64,000 nucleotides of DNA from Emiliania huxleyi CCMP1516 (GCF_000372725.1 NW_005201792.1:251440-315439); one strand, 5' to 3'; counted from the first letter of the stretch, positions 22,957-34,211 are shown. Made by a program: numbers and translations. Notes: a model not told the origin generated them from the sequence alone.

Positions 22957-23762
22957 TCAGCGCCGCAGCAGGCGGAGCACGACGGCGGCGCGTCCGAAGA
23001 GGGCGGCGATAATCAGCGCGGTGCATCCGTCGATGGTCTGCTGGTTCACCTCCGCCCGTGCTGTATCGGCGTGTAGACCACATCCTCGTGGCCGTCGATG
23101 GCGGCTAGTATCAGCGCCGTCTTGCCCCTGCAGGTTGAGCTCCGCCCCGTGCTGAAGCAGTGCATCGACCACCCGCTCGTAGCCCTGGTCAGCGGCCCAC
23201 ATCAGCGCGGGCTCGCCTTCACTGTTCTGATGGTCGGTCGAACCGCCACGCCGCAGTCGAGCCAGGCCAGCACTGCCGCTTCGTCGCCCTCCCAAGTCGC
23301 GTCCAGGACCTCGTCGGGGACGGCGTCCACGCCCGAATCGCCCTCCACCGAATCGCCCTCCACCCCGTCCGAAGGGGGCGCGGCACTCGCTGCCGCCGCG
23401 TCGTCCCCGGTCGAGCCCGCCTCCACCGCTGCCCGCTCACCGCTCCCCGTCACCTCCCGGAGGTGCTGACGGAAGGCCTCGATGCACTCGGTGTGGCCCC
23501 CCTCCTTGGCCCTTTGCAGCGCCGTCCCTCCCGGAGTGCGCAGCGTCATGTCTGCGCCCGCACGCAGCAGCCGCAGCACGATGGCGGACCGGCCGCGGTA
23601 GACGGCACTCATGAGCGCAGTCCAGCCGGCACCGTTCTGCAGGTCGACCACCGCGCCACACTTCAGCAGCAGCTCGACCAGCTGTGCATGACCGTAGCCG
23701 GCTGCGATCATCAGGAGCGTACAGCCACTCCCACTGTCATCTCCCTCTGAGAGGGGAGGCAA
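22957..23762 (-). pseudogene. Degenerate ankyrin-repeat gene, paralog of 51656..53008
   Basis: TLLMIAAGYGHAQLVELLLKCGA, TALMSAVYRG, ALMWAADQGYERVVDALLQHGA and TALIIAALFG are spread over shifted frames. Confidence 0.75.
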
Positions 23763-24265
23763 ATGCGGGGGAGCGGAGTCGGAGGGGGGGCGTCCTGGAT
23801 GGATGTGAGGCAGTCGAGGCGGTTCTTACTGACCGCACTCCAAGTGCTCCAAGAGCTCTGGATGTGTGAGGTCACTGACTGCACTCCAAGTGCTCCAAGC
23901 GGTGCCTAGTGCTGCGCGAAGGCCCGGCCGGTGGTGAGCGTCCCTCCCGGTGTGGTCATGTGTGCTCAAGCACATGTACATGTTGTGCCTCTGTGTGTCT
24001 GTGTGTCTGCCCCTCGTTGTATGTGTGATGATTGTGTGAGGATTCCTCGTTCGTTCCCGCTCGTTTCCCCGCACCTGCACCTCCGACACAGCGACTCGGT
24101 CGCGTTTTTCTCTCGCGAGTCTCTATCTCGACACTCGCGAGGCTGAGGGTGTGGTGTGCGGACACGATACACGTCTGAGCACTGTGACTGAGCACTGAGG
24201 TCTGTCCGTCTGAGGTCGTATGTGCGTGGATGGTGCGGCAGAAAGAGACTGGCCGCCCATCTTTC

Positions 24266-24468
24266 CTAGGGGTGTCGAGGGGTGTCGAGGTGTCGAGTTT
24301 GGCACCTTGACACGGTCGAGCATGGTTTCAGCCTAGGGGGTGTCGAGGGGTGTCGAGGGGTGTCGAGGGGTGTCGAGTTGGTCGAGTTGGCATGGGGTGT
24401 CGAGGTGTCGAGTTGGTGTCGAGTTGGTGTCGAGGTTTGGTGTCGAGGTGTCGAGGCCAGGGCTCAGC
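24266..24468. repeat. (GG)TGTCGAG short-repeat array ending in CCAGGGCTCAGC
   Basis: About 15 copies of the GTCGAG core are directly visible. Confidence 0.9.
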
Positions 24469-26080
24469 CTGAAGATTTCAGGGCAGATCTCAGTCTCTAG
24501 TCCCGCCCTTGAGATCTCCCAAATCTTCGTCGAGACTTCAGCCACGAAATCTCAGTCTTCCCGTCGCTCGGTGTGAGTTTCTAGAGGAAACGCGTGAGAT
24601 CTCAAATGGCGAAGATTCCTTTTCGCTTTGGGAGTTTGAGATTTCGATGAGGGGTGGGAGAGACTGAGACTGCAAGCAAGAGAGATTCCGTTTTCGATGC
24701 AGAATGCTGTGAACTTCCTCAACCTTCCAACGCCTTTACCTCGCACCGAAATCTACTGAGTAGGCCAGCGTGACTCGAGATTTGAGATTGAGACTGAAAG
24801 CAGCACGCTCGGCCTGCAATGCTTTGCGCCGCCGCCGCCGCCCATCTCGCCGCCGCCTGAGGCGGTTCTCCACGAAGCTGTGGCCGCTCGAGAGTGAGGA
24901 TGAGATCGTCGTGCTTCTCCTCGGCATGGCCCGCTACCCAGTCGACACACCCGATCGCGCAGAGGTCATCGCTGCCGACATGCAAACAAAGCACGCGTCC
25001 ACGACCATCAACGTCCTCGTCAGCAGCATCGAGAGCGAGGCGGGCATCAGCGCTCTCGTGGATCTTCTCGACCCCATGCGCTCCCATGAGCAGGAGAAGT
25101 CCACGCCGCTCCACCTGGTCCCTTGAGTTCTGCGCCGTCTGCGCTTTGCAAGGGCAGAAGGTGCGCCTTGTGGTCAGCGACGAGCCCGTCCGTCCAACCG
25201 TATACTGCACGCACGGGCGCTTTGACAGGCTCCTCTACTGCAAGCGCTGCCCAGATTGCCGCGCCAAGCACAACCTCTCATATGCCGAGGAGTCAACTCG
25301 GCTGGCTCAGGGCAAGCAGGTGCGGCGTATGACGGCGCGATGGATCGGACTCGCAAGTACGTCCAGCTGTCGCGAGACATCATCTTTGAGGGCGAGATGC
25401 TGTGGCGCCTCGACACGCAGATGCTCCACTCGCACACCGGCTTTGAGCCGTACGCCAAGGAGTGGACGACCTTTGCGGACGAGCCGCCGCAGCTGGTCGA
25501 GCCTTTGCGGATAGCGCTGTCCCTCTCATCTAATTCGGCGTAGACCGCGCGCGCAGCGCGCTCCGTGTTTGCAGACCGCCCTGGCGGACTCGTTTACACT
25601 TCCAAGCTCAAGCCAGGCGCCGCAGGCCATAAAGAGGAGCGCAGATTAAAATGGCGCCGCAGGCTCCCCGGGCCCCAAATCTCAATCTCAAATCTCAATC
25701 TCAAATCTCAGACCTCAGACCTCAATCTCACTGCAGGTCAAACCCACCCAACCCTTCTAGAAGCTTCGAGGCTCTTGTCTCAGTATTCACGCCGCAAATC
25801 TCCAAATCTCAGCTCTCAAATCTCTAGGTTGGAGGCCGTCCAAAATCTTCAGTCTCAAATCTTGAATCTCGAGCGAACTCGACCGCAGATTCCTTTTGGT
25901 GTGGGAAATCTCATTCTCCAAGTCTCTGGTCTCTAATCTCAAAGTCTCCCACCGGAGGCCGAGTGACTGAGCCGTCTCAAATCTCAAATCTCTGGTCTCA
26001 AATCTCTGGGTAGCACTGTAGACCCGAGTGGAGTCTTTCAAATCTTTAAGCTCTCAATCTCTAAAAAAGACTAGAGATTT
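24466..26080 (+). mobile_element. KDZ (Kyakuja-Dileera-Zisupton)-type transposon remnant with frameshifted CxC5-like domain
   Basis: Joined frames read LHLVP/LEFCAVC..PTVYCTHG..LLYCKRCPDCRAKHNLSY/YDG..KYVQLSRDIIFEGEMLWRLDTQMLHSHTGFEPYAKEW. This is flanked by AAATCTCA/TGAGATTT subterminal repeats. No catalytic core is seen. Confidence 0.6.
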
Positions 26081-26102
26081 CAATTACTCGTGCAGCGTAG
26101 CC

Positions 26103-26520
26103 CTTGTGTGCTCCGCCTTTCGTGGAGCACACAAGACCATGGGAGCGCGTGCTCGGCCGGCGGCCCCCCAACGCACGAGTATCAGGGTTCAGGTTATCGC
26201 CGATACCCTGATACTGACGTATACCCTCCTCTTACCTCTAACGGCTTTACGGCTCTACGGTCTACGCTCTAGCTCTACCGTCTTGCGTCTTCTACGCTCT
26301 AGACCTGTCTGCCGTCTCCTTTTCGTAATAAATAAATAAATAAAAACGGACACCTCTACTGTGAGATGGGTAAATAGGAACAGGTCCCCGCCCTTGCGAT
26401 CTTTGTGCAGGGTTCTTTGTGGGTGTGGTCGGCGACTAGCCGGGGTCGTCCTCCCGTGCGTCCCGATGGCCGATGGGGGACTAGCACTATTCGTAATAAA
26501 TATCCAGACGCTCTAAATAG
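26103..26520 (+). mobile_element. Hairpin-rich non-coding block with (TAAA)n tail, possibly a retroelement terminus or SINE
   Basis: 12-bp stem 26103-26135, 11-bp stem 26178-26215, CTCTAC repeats, and TTCGTAATAAAT at both ~26322 and ~26490. Confidence 0.35.
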
Positions 26521-26580
26521 TAAAAGAGAAATAAGCAGCTCGCCCCCGCTCTAGATCTCTCACCGCGTTCGGGCACCCCT

Positions 26581-27308
26581 TCAGCCAATCTTGCAGTGCT
26601 CTGTGTCACCCTGCGGCACAGCGGCGCGATAGGCCATGTACGTGTGCCAGGCAGTGGACACAAAGGCGGTCGCAAAGGGCCGTACGAGGGGCGGGATCAC
26701 AGCGAAGGTGATCACGTCATAGGCCGGCCAGACGCGCAGGTCGGCTGAGAGGACCGACGGCATCTCGGCCGTCACCGTGCAGCAGCAGCGCGAGAGGCGG
26801 CACGCCAAGCCCTCGCCCGGCTGCGGCGATGGTTGCGCGTACCGTCGCCACAGCAGCGAGAAGTAGTTGCCCAAGGTGGAGAGGAGGCTGCAGGAGACAA
26901 TCACCTTGGCGAGCACCTGAAGGGCGAGCACCAGAAGTTGAAGCGAAGAGACCACGAAACCTAACCACCCAACCACCGATGCTAGTTAATACACGCCTTG
27001 GCGGGCGAGACTCCGGGAAATAATCCTTCGGCGAGCTGATAAACAGATGGCAGCATGAAGCCGCCGTAGACAAAGCCAAGGCCGGCGGCCGACGCGATGC
27101 GCCGAGGCTGCACAAGGGGGACGGGCGCAGCCACGGCTCTGTCCGCCGACAGCGGCCCGATCCATCTGCGAGCAATCTGTAGCCTCCGCTCCATCTGCTG
27201 AGCGACGAGATCGCCGGTCGCAAATATGGCGACCGAAGCCAGAGCGTCCTGCGGCGTCAGCTGGATGTGCACGCCGTGCGCAGTGCCGGCGATGAGGCAC
27301 AGCAGCAT
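26581..27308 (-). CDS. Mpv17/PMP22 family membrane protein, one intron
   Basis: AIFATGDLVAQQME..RRIASAAGLGFVYGG..VLAKVIV..LRVWPAYDVITFAVIPPLVRPFATAFVSTAWHTYMAY. Confidence 0.85.
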
Positions 27309-27867
27309 GTGACAGCGGGATCACGAGAGGAGGGATGGCGTTCGGCACGTGAGAATAATTCACGGCCTGCGCATCTGCCCCTCTTCTGGCTTCAAACGAG
27401 AGTGGACCTGAGCAACGGCTTCACAGGGCGGGATATGCTCGCAGTGGGAGTCAGAAATGTGGTCCTTGCGCGAGGAATGCTCGATAAACTCGAGGGACCA
27501 AAATACGCGGAGAGGAGAGCGGAGTTACGCAGAAAGGCGAGAGAAGCAGCGAGAGCAAGCAAGAGATCGGCAGACGACAGCGGCGTCTCAGAACGAGGCC
27601 GAGGAGAGCGATGAGTCAGGGGAAGAGAAAGCAGGAGAGAGAACGACGAGAGTGGGAAGAATGCGAGGTGGCATGAAGGTCGCTGCAAGAATCGGTGATA
27701 AACTGCGGAGAGAGATAGGAAGTGGTAGACGCCCGAGGGTGGGCGACGGCTAACACCACACTTCTCCCCTAAAATCCCTGTGTGGTGGCGGAGTACCGTC
27801 CTCCCATCCCTCCCTTGGGTTGGCTGTTTTCTTTCTTTCTTTCTTTTTCTGGCTTCATTGGGATGCG

Positions 27868-29742
27868 TAGGTCTGTCCGTCACATGCAGAGGCACCTCAC
27901 CACCGAGGGTGCTTGGATACTGTACCGATCGCCGACATCGCGCGTCGCCCAATTTCTAGTGGAGGAGGCTCAGAAGGGCTAATGGGCTGCGATTTGCGGA
28001 GGACGACGCGTTTGGCAGCGCAGCCAGGTTTGGGGCTTCACCTACTTTCGCCTGCTGCAGTAAAGTGATATCCCCTGTCTTAAGGTCCGACCTGTGGGCA
28101 CTGCCTGCGCTCGGCATCGAGCACACCTACTCGAGTACCCGGGTAGGTGGCAGGAGAACAAGAAACCCTCCGGCCGGTGGAGCGGTGGCGCGGTGCTCGT
28201 TGGTCCTTCCGGCCCCAATTATGTGCCTCTACGATGGCCTCCTGCCCCGCGCGCTCAGCATATTTGAGCTGCCGTCGCTGCGGTCGGGCCAACGCGGCAT
28301 CGTCATCGGCATGGGCGGAGGCTGCGATGTGCTCGGTGCACTGGCCTTCGCGCAGGCGTGGGAGGCTCGGAGCCCGGGTGCTACAGTGCTCTTTGCCAAC
28401 TGCGTTTCTCCGCGGCCGATGCCGAGCCACGAGCAGCTCGCACCGCACCTGTGGCGCTGCCCTCCGAACGTCGTCCCGCTGGCGGCAGGAGACGGGTGCT
28501 ACGGCTCCACCCGCCTCGAGCAGAGCCTTCCGCGCGGCGCCGAAGGTGTCGCTTCCGGCTCGCCAGGGCGCCTCGCCTCGTGTCACCGACCGCCCTGCCG
28601 TCCCGCAGGCTCTCCCTTTCTGCTCGTGGTGCCGGAGGACGGGAAGGGGCCTTCTTCTGTGGAGGAGGTGACACGTGCAAACACCGGGGCTATCACCTCC
28701 TCGCTCGCTCGCCTGTGCGCTCCACTGGAGCCGCCAAGCAGCCCGCCGCAGCCCGCCTCACGCAGCCCGCCGTGGGACGCATCCCTAGGCGCGTCGACGC
28801 GATCCTCGCAGTCGACCTCGGAGGTGCCTCGGCTATGACGGGGGAGAGCTCTGAGTGAGACTCACTGCGCCCTCTGTCGGTCGACTTCGGCACACTGCAC
28901 GGCGCTTGGGGAGGAGGCCCTCCCTTCGCACTGCACTCCCGCACGTTGCATCCCCGTTCGAGCCCCGCCTCGCTGCCCCCAGGAGACTCGCTGACGGGAG
29001 GCGTCGACTTTGCAAGCGACCCGGAGTGCGGCCGCGACAGGCAGGTGCTGCACGCGCTGCGCGCGAGTCGGATCCCGTGCGCGGCTCCCGCTCTCGCCCT
29101 TCTCCCTCGCCCAGACGCTCGTCCTCCCCGACCAACCCACCCTCCCACCCCTCTCGGCACTATGGCCCCCTCACGCCCATATGGCGCCGCCCGTGACGCC
29201 ACACGCCGGAGCTCGCAGGTGCACCCACCTCGTCCTCGGACCCGGCTGCGATGGAGAGTCCGCCGTCGGCGCCATGCGCGCCGCCGTCCGCCACGTGGAT
29301 GAGAGCGGCGCGCTTCTCGGCGTGGTGCCTCTCGCGCCGCTGCTGGAGCCGCTCTGCCGGCACTCCGCCCCGCTCGCGCCCAACCGCACGCCAAACATCA
29401 TCAAGAGCGCGCTCGAGCGCGCCGCCGCGCCGCCCGAGGCTGCCGACGAGGGGGACGGCGAGGGGAGCGGCGCCGCGCGCCCCGACTTGTGCACAATCAA
29501 TCGGCACGGAAACACAGCGCACGTCCCTTGGTCGTGGCTCACGGTTGCACTCGCGATCAAGCTCTCTGACGCATGAACATGTTTTGACTTCGTGGTGACG
29601 GTTTGTGCCTGCAGGTTGTGTTTTGTTTACTCTCCTGCCTCAAGGTTATCCAGGGGATGCTAGAGAAGCGTGCTGCTACCGCCAGGCGGTGACGCATGAA
29701 CATGAACATGCACCTCCCATATCTCCGCCCCGCCCGGCAGTA
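27868..29742. repeat. Right arm of inverted segmental duplication (GT47 last exon plus DUF1152)
   Basis: Reverse complement of 2327-4190 with few differences, mostly at 28115-28215. Confidence 0.97.
28221..29576 (+). CDS. DUF1152-like protein, copy 2
   Basis: Near-identical to 2497..3852. Confidence 0.65.
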
Positions 29743-29755
29743 CGTAAACGTATAT

Positions 29756-30025
29756 GCTGAGCCCTGGTCTGACAGCCTGGGACAGCAAACCCCGGACAGC
29801 GCATGACAGTGCCCGACAGCCTGACAGCGCTGACAGCACTTTCTCCGACAGTCTGACAGCACGTATCTGACAGCCTGACAGCAGAGCCTGACATCAGAGG
29901 CGTCCCGTCGCTGTCAGGCCCTAACGTGACAGCCTGACAGCTGCCCGACAGCCCGACAGCACACAGCGGCCTGACAGCAGCGCTGACAGCCCGACAGCCC
30001 GACCAGCCCGACAGCAGCACAGACC
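29756..30025. repeat. (C)TGACAGC/CCGACAGC short-repeat array starting GCTGAGCCCTGG
   Basis: About 20 GACAG cores are directly visible. Confidence 0.9.
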
Positions 30026-30161
30026 GTACTCAGGCCGTGCAGCCTCTTTCTTGTGTCCCATGAGGGTATAGCAAAACTATTACATGCAAAGACATGTGGA
30101 TGTGGTCCGCGCCTTTGATTCTGTGGAGTCCGCGCCAACCTCTGTGCACAGACCGGCTTCT

Positions 30162-31781
30162 TCAAGCAGCCGTGCTTGCGCTTTCCTCTGGCTGACACCT
30201 ATGTCCAGGGTGGCGCGTTGCTGGAGGAGCCGGGAGAGAAGGAGGATGATCCAAACAGCACACCCGATGCTGAGCCGGCCGAGCTGACCGCCATGGGCGC
30301 ACAGGATGCTGCAGATGCCGAGGCCGTGCTGAACCAGCTGATGCGGACGGGCTGTTGTTTGTCCAGTAAAAGTTGGTGCAGTCATTGGCCGGGTATGCAA
30401 CGTGACTGCACCTGCTAGTGACGGTACGCCCTGCGATGCTAGTGCACAGCAGCGGGGGGGACGGCGGCGGCGATGGCGGGGGAGGCGACGGCGGAGGCGG
30501 CGATGGCGGGGGAGGCGACGGCGGTGGAGGGGAAGGCGGAGGGGGGGAGGGGGGTGGGTAGCAGCCTGTGATTGCATCTGAGGAGGCGCAGCTCGTCTTG
30601 CCGACCTTGGTGGGCGTCTCACAGAGTTTGAACTTGCCCCTGTTGTTTGTCCAGTAAAAGTTGGTGCAGTCATTGGCCGGGTATGCAACGTGACTGCACT
30701 TGCTAGTGACGGTACGCCCTGCGATGCTAGTGCACAGCAGCGGGGGGGACGGCGGCGGCGACGGCGGGGGAGGCGACGGCGGAGGCGGCGATGGCGGGGG
30801 AGGAGACGGCGGTGGAGGGGAAGGCGGAGGGGGGGAGGGGGGTGGGTAGCAGCCTGTGATTGCATCTGAGGAGGCGCAGCTCGTCTTGCCGACCTTGGTG
30901 GGCGTCTCACAGAGTTTGAACTTGCCCTTGTTGTTTGTCCAGTAAAAGTTGGTGCAGTCATTGGCCGGGTATGCAACGTGACTGCACCTGCTAGTGACGG
31001 TACGCCCTGCGATGCTAGTGCACAGCAGCGGGGGGGACGGCGGCGGCGATGGCGGGGGTGGGGATGGCGGAGGCGGCGATGGCGGGGGAGGCGACGGCGG
31101 TGGAGGGGAAGGCGGAGGGGGGGAGGGGGGTGGGTAGCAGCCTGTGATTGCATCTGAGGAGGCGCAGCTCGTCTTGCCGACCTTGGTGGGCGTCTCACAG
31201 AGTTTGAACTGGCCCCTGTTGTTTGTCCAGTAAAAGTTGGTGCAGTCATTGGCCGGGTATGCAACGTGACTGCACTTGCTAGTGACGGTACGCCCTGCGA
31301 TGCTAGTGCACAGCAGCGGGGGGGACGGCGGCGGCGACGGCGGGGGAGGCGACGGCGGAGGCGGCGATGGCGGGGGAGGCGACGGCGGTGGAGGGGAAGG
31401 CGGAGGGGGGGAGGGGGGTGGGTAGCAGCCTGTGATTGCATCTGAGGAGGCGCAGCTCGTCTTGCCGACCTTGGTGGGCGTCTCACAGAGTTTGAACTTG
31501 CCCTTGTTGTTTGTCCAGTAAAAGTTGGTGCAGTCATTGGCCGGGTATGCAACGTGACTGCACCTGCTAGTGACGGTACGCCCTGCGATGCTAGTGCACA
31601 GCAGCGGGGGGGACGGCGGCGGAGAGGGGGGTGGCGGCGAAGGCGGTGGCGGTGAAGGCGGTGGAGGCGAGGGCGGCGGCGGTGAGGGTGGTGGCGGCGA
31701 CGGCGGCGGCGGCGAGGGTGGCGGCGGCGAAAATGGTAAGGTCGAGAGTTGCAGCAGGGCGCTCGCCAGCATAACCTGCAT
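30162..31781 (-). CDS. Secreted SPPPP/6-Cys tandem-repeat protein, C-terminally truncated paralog of the gene at 1..2081
   Basis: Signal-like MQVMLASALLQLSTLPFS followed by about five 240-bp (80-aa) units. Homology breaks mid-module at YWTNN (~30353). Confidence 0.8.
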   Translation of the reverse strand: MQVMLASALLQLSTLPFSPPPPSPPPPSPPPPSPPPPSPPPPSPPPPSPPPPSPPPSPPLLCTSIAGRTVTSRCSHVAYPANDCTNFYWTNNKGKFKLCETPTKVGKTSCASSDAITGCYPPPSPPPPSPPPPSPPPPSPPPPSPPPPSPPPSPPLLCTSIAGRTVTSKCSHVAYPANDCTNFYWTNNRGQFKLCETPTKVGKTSCASSDAITGCYPPPSPPPPSPPPPSPPPPSPPPPSPPPPSPPPSPPLLCTSIAGRTVTSRCSHVAYPANDCTNFYWTNNKGKFKLCETPTKVGKTSCASSDAITGCYPPPSPPPPSPPPPSPPPPSPPPPSPPPPSPPPSPPLLCTSIAGRTVTSKCSHVAYPANDCTNFYWTNNRGKFKLCETPTKVGKTSCASSDAITGCYPPPSPPPPSPPPPSPPPPSPPPPSPPPPSPPPSPPLLCTSIAGRTVTSRCSHVAYPANDCTNFYWTNNSPSASAGSARPRHLQHPVRPWRSARPAQHRVCCLDHPPSLPAPPATRHPGHRCQPEESASTAA

Positions 31782-32291
31782 CTCGGCCGGTCCAACACGC
31801 GGCGCCGGGATTGGCTATCAACGTGTGGGGGAAGTGCCCGCCGAACGAGGGTGATTCGCGACCATCGGACGCACGACACAGCAACAGCAGACTCCGGGGT
31901 GGTCTCTGAGAACAATTGTCTCGCCCTCCCTCACTTGCGATCGTCGGCGATCCTTGGGGAGTCATAACGTACGTACGGTTCGCCCTCCAGCCTCCACCTC
32001 GCCCGCCTCTTGCGCCTACACTCGCCGTCGTGCGTCGATCCAGGATGTGGAATCTTACCGCGCGTCCCTCTGTCTCACAGCTCTTACACAGAGCAGCGCT
32101 GTCCACCGCGCCACTCCATCCACAGGACAAAAAACGAACAACCCCCACCCCCACCCCCCCACCACCACCACCGCGAAGCGCGGTGCAAAAGAAGGGGCGC
32201 TCAAAGTCGCCCACGCAAAATACGGCGCTCGCAAGTCCCGCTACCCACCTTGCGTGGTTGGCGCTGACTCGCGATCCCGTCCGATCCCGGC

Positions 32292-33938
32292 TCAGACAGC
32301 CTGTGGCTCGGTGGGCAGCGCCACCGTCAAGTCCTTCTCGATGGTCTCGATCGGCCAGGTTGCACCCGAGCTCGCCTTCCAGCGACTGACTGATGTGGCG
32401 GCCGTGGGCTTTAGGGGGGTCCCCGACTCCTCGGGCTGTCTGATGCGCTTTGGAGAGGGCGTGTTGTTGGCGTCGTAGCGAAAGCTAGCCCCAACCTCGA
32501 CCGCGGCGGGCGTGCGTGGCCGGCGCGGCAGCGGCGAAAAGCACTCCTCAGTGCGGGTGGCCGCCAGCTGCAGCGTCGCGGCGGCCGCGGGCGTGGCCGT
32601 GGGCTTGGCTACCGGCTTGACCGCGGACTTGGTCGACCCTCCTCCCTCGCCCTGCTGCTGCTGCTGCTGCTTGAGAAGGCGTGAGCAGGTCGAGTACCAG
32701 CGGTTCTTGACCGAGTTGTCCGACCTGCCGGGGAGGCTCTTCGCAATCTCCGCCCAGCGCGTCCCGAGGCTGGCGTGGAGGCGGAGGATAACGGCGTCCT
32801 CGTCGGCCGTCCAACCCCCCTTTTTCAGCATCGGGTCGAGGTTGTTGCACCAGCGCTCGCGGCATTGCTGCGAAGGGCCAGCGGTGTGTGAGCTGATTCT
32901 TTCCTTACCCGGGGCATGTAGGCGGCGAGATACGGCAGAGGGCAATCCCTGCTATGGGGCACCTTGCCGGTGCGACCAGGAAGGACGGACGCAATACGGG
33001 CCCACTGCTTGCCGCCAAACTGCTTGACCAGCTCGGTGAGCTGCGCGTCCTCGCACGCGCTCCTGCGAGGTGGAGAAGCCAAGGCGGGAATAAGAAAATG
33101 CGGCTCTCGCAGACGAAGGTCATCGGTGCACGGGGGAGGAGCGCGCGCCATGGCCCCTTGATCGACTCTGACGGTGCCATCGTTCGCCACTGCTGGATGG
33201 GGCGATCGGTGCGTCCATCGAGCGACGCTACCACCTCGTCCCACCTGGCAGGGAGCACGGAGGAGGCGGGCATCCGAGGCAGAGTCGTGCATCCGAGGCT
33301 GGGAGGCGAAGCTAATGGCGGCAGTGACAGCGCCAGCAGCAGCGGCGTCTAGGAGGGTCAGACACTGGCCGAGAGATGTGTCTGACAGACGTCTTCAATC
33401 CGGCGTCGGGGTATACGGAAGCGTGCACCTTGCCCGGCCGCGGCTGTCTCGGCCGTCAAGCAGAGGGACGGCCATCTTGCTCGGGACAGGCGAGGGGGTC
33501 TTTAGAGCCGCCACTGTGGGAAGCTGCATAGGAGACGTCGAAATCACTCCGGCTGCGGCAATCGGCAGAAGACAGCCGGCATGACGGCGGAGCGACGCCT
33601 CGTCCAATGCCACTGCTGTCGAGGTGGCCAGGACAGGGCCTGCAACGGGGCGCGGCAGGCGGGAGGGTTGTGGAGGTACCGCGGAGATGGGCAGATCAAG
33701 GGGCTTGGCGGTCTGATGCGCGCGCGGCCCCGGGACGGCAATTGCTGCGCTGTGTCGTCTAGGGGCACGCACCTGGGAAGGGCTGCGGTGCGCGGCAGGC
33801 CTCCCCTGCACCAGACGCGCCGGTCGGTACCAGAGTGCCCCTCCTCAATGGAGAGAGAGACGAGATGTCAGACAGGATGCCAGCCGCGATCTCTTCCTGC
33901 TGCATCACCACGGCGGAGGCCTGGGCGAGCACCTCCAT
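32292..33938 (-). CDS. R2R3-Myb transcription factor, multi-exon, start uncertain
   Basis: IKGPW|..EDAQLTELVKQFGGKQWARIASVLPGRTGK|QCRERWCNNLDPMLKKGGWTADEDAVIL..LGTRWAEIAKSLPGRSDNSVKNRWYS. Confidence 0.9.
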
Positions 33939-34208
33939 ACCACCCTGCGCGTCAGCGGTTGCTGGCAAAACCGTCGCACCCGCTACCGTTTCGCCCCAAG
34001 TCAAGTCGGAAGAATCGTTGACTCGCGAATCGTCTTGACGGGATGAACGGGAGTCAGTTACTTCTTTTCATTGTTTAAATTCTTTTCAGTGCATCCGATG
34101 TAGCTCTAACGAAAACTGGGCCAGCAGTCACCTCCGGGTACGTTCTCTCTCCGGGTGCGTACGTACTTTTTTTAGCTTAAGGGGAGAAAAGGGAGGGAGG
34201 GAGAGCGG

Positions 34209-34211
<3 letters not shown>

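Noticed and set aside
26170..26230. Possible hammerhead ribozyme
   Set aside because: The CUGANGA and GAAA core is not present in the required arrangement.
30353..31610. Regular repeat array resembling CRISPR
   Set aside because: Units are 240 bp, in-frame coding and nearly identical. There are no unique spacers and no cas genes.
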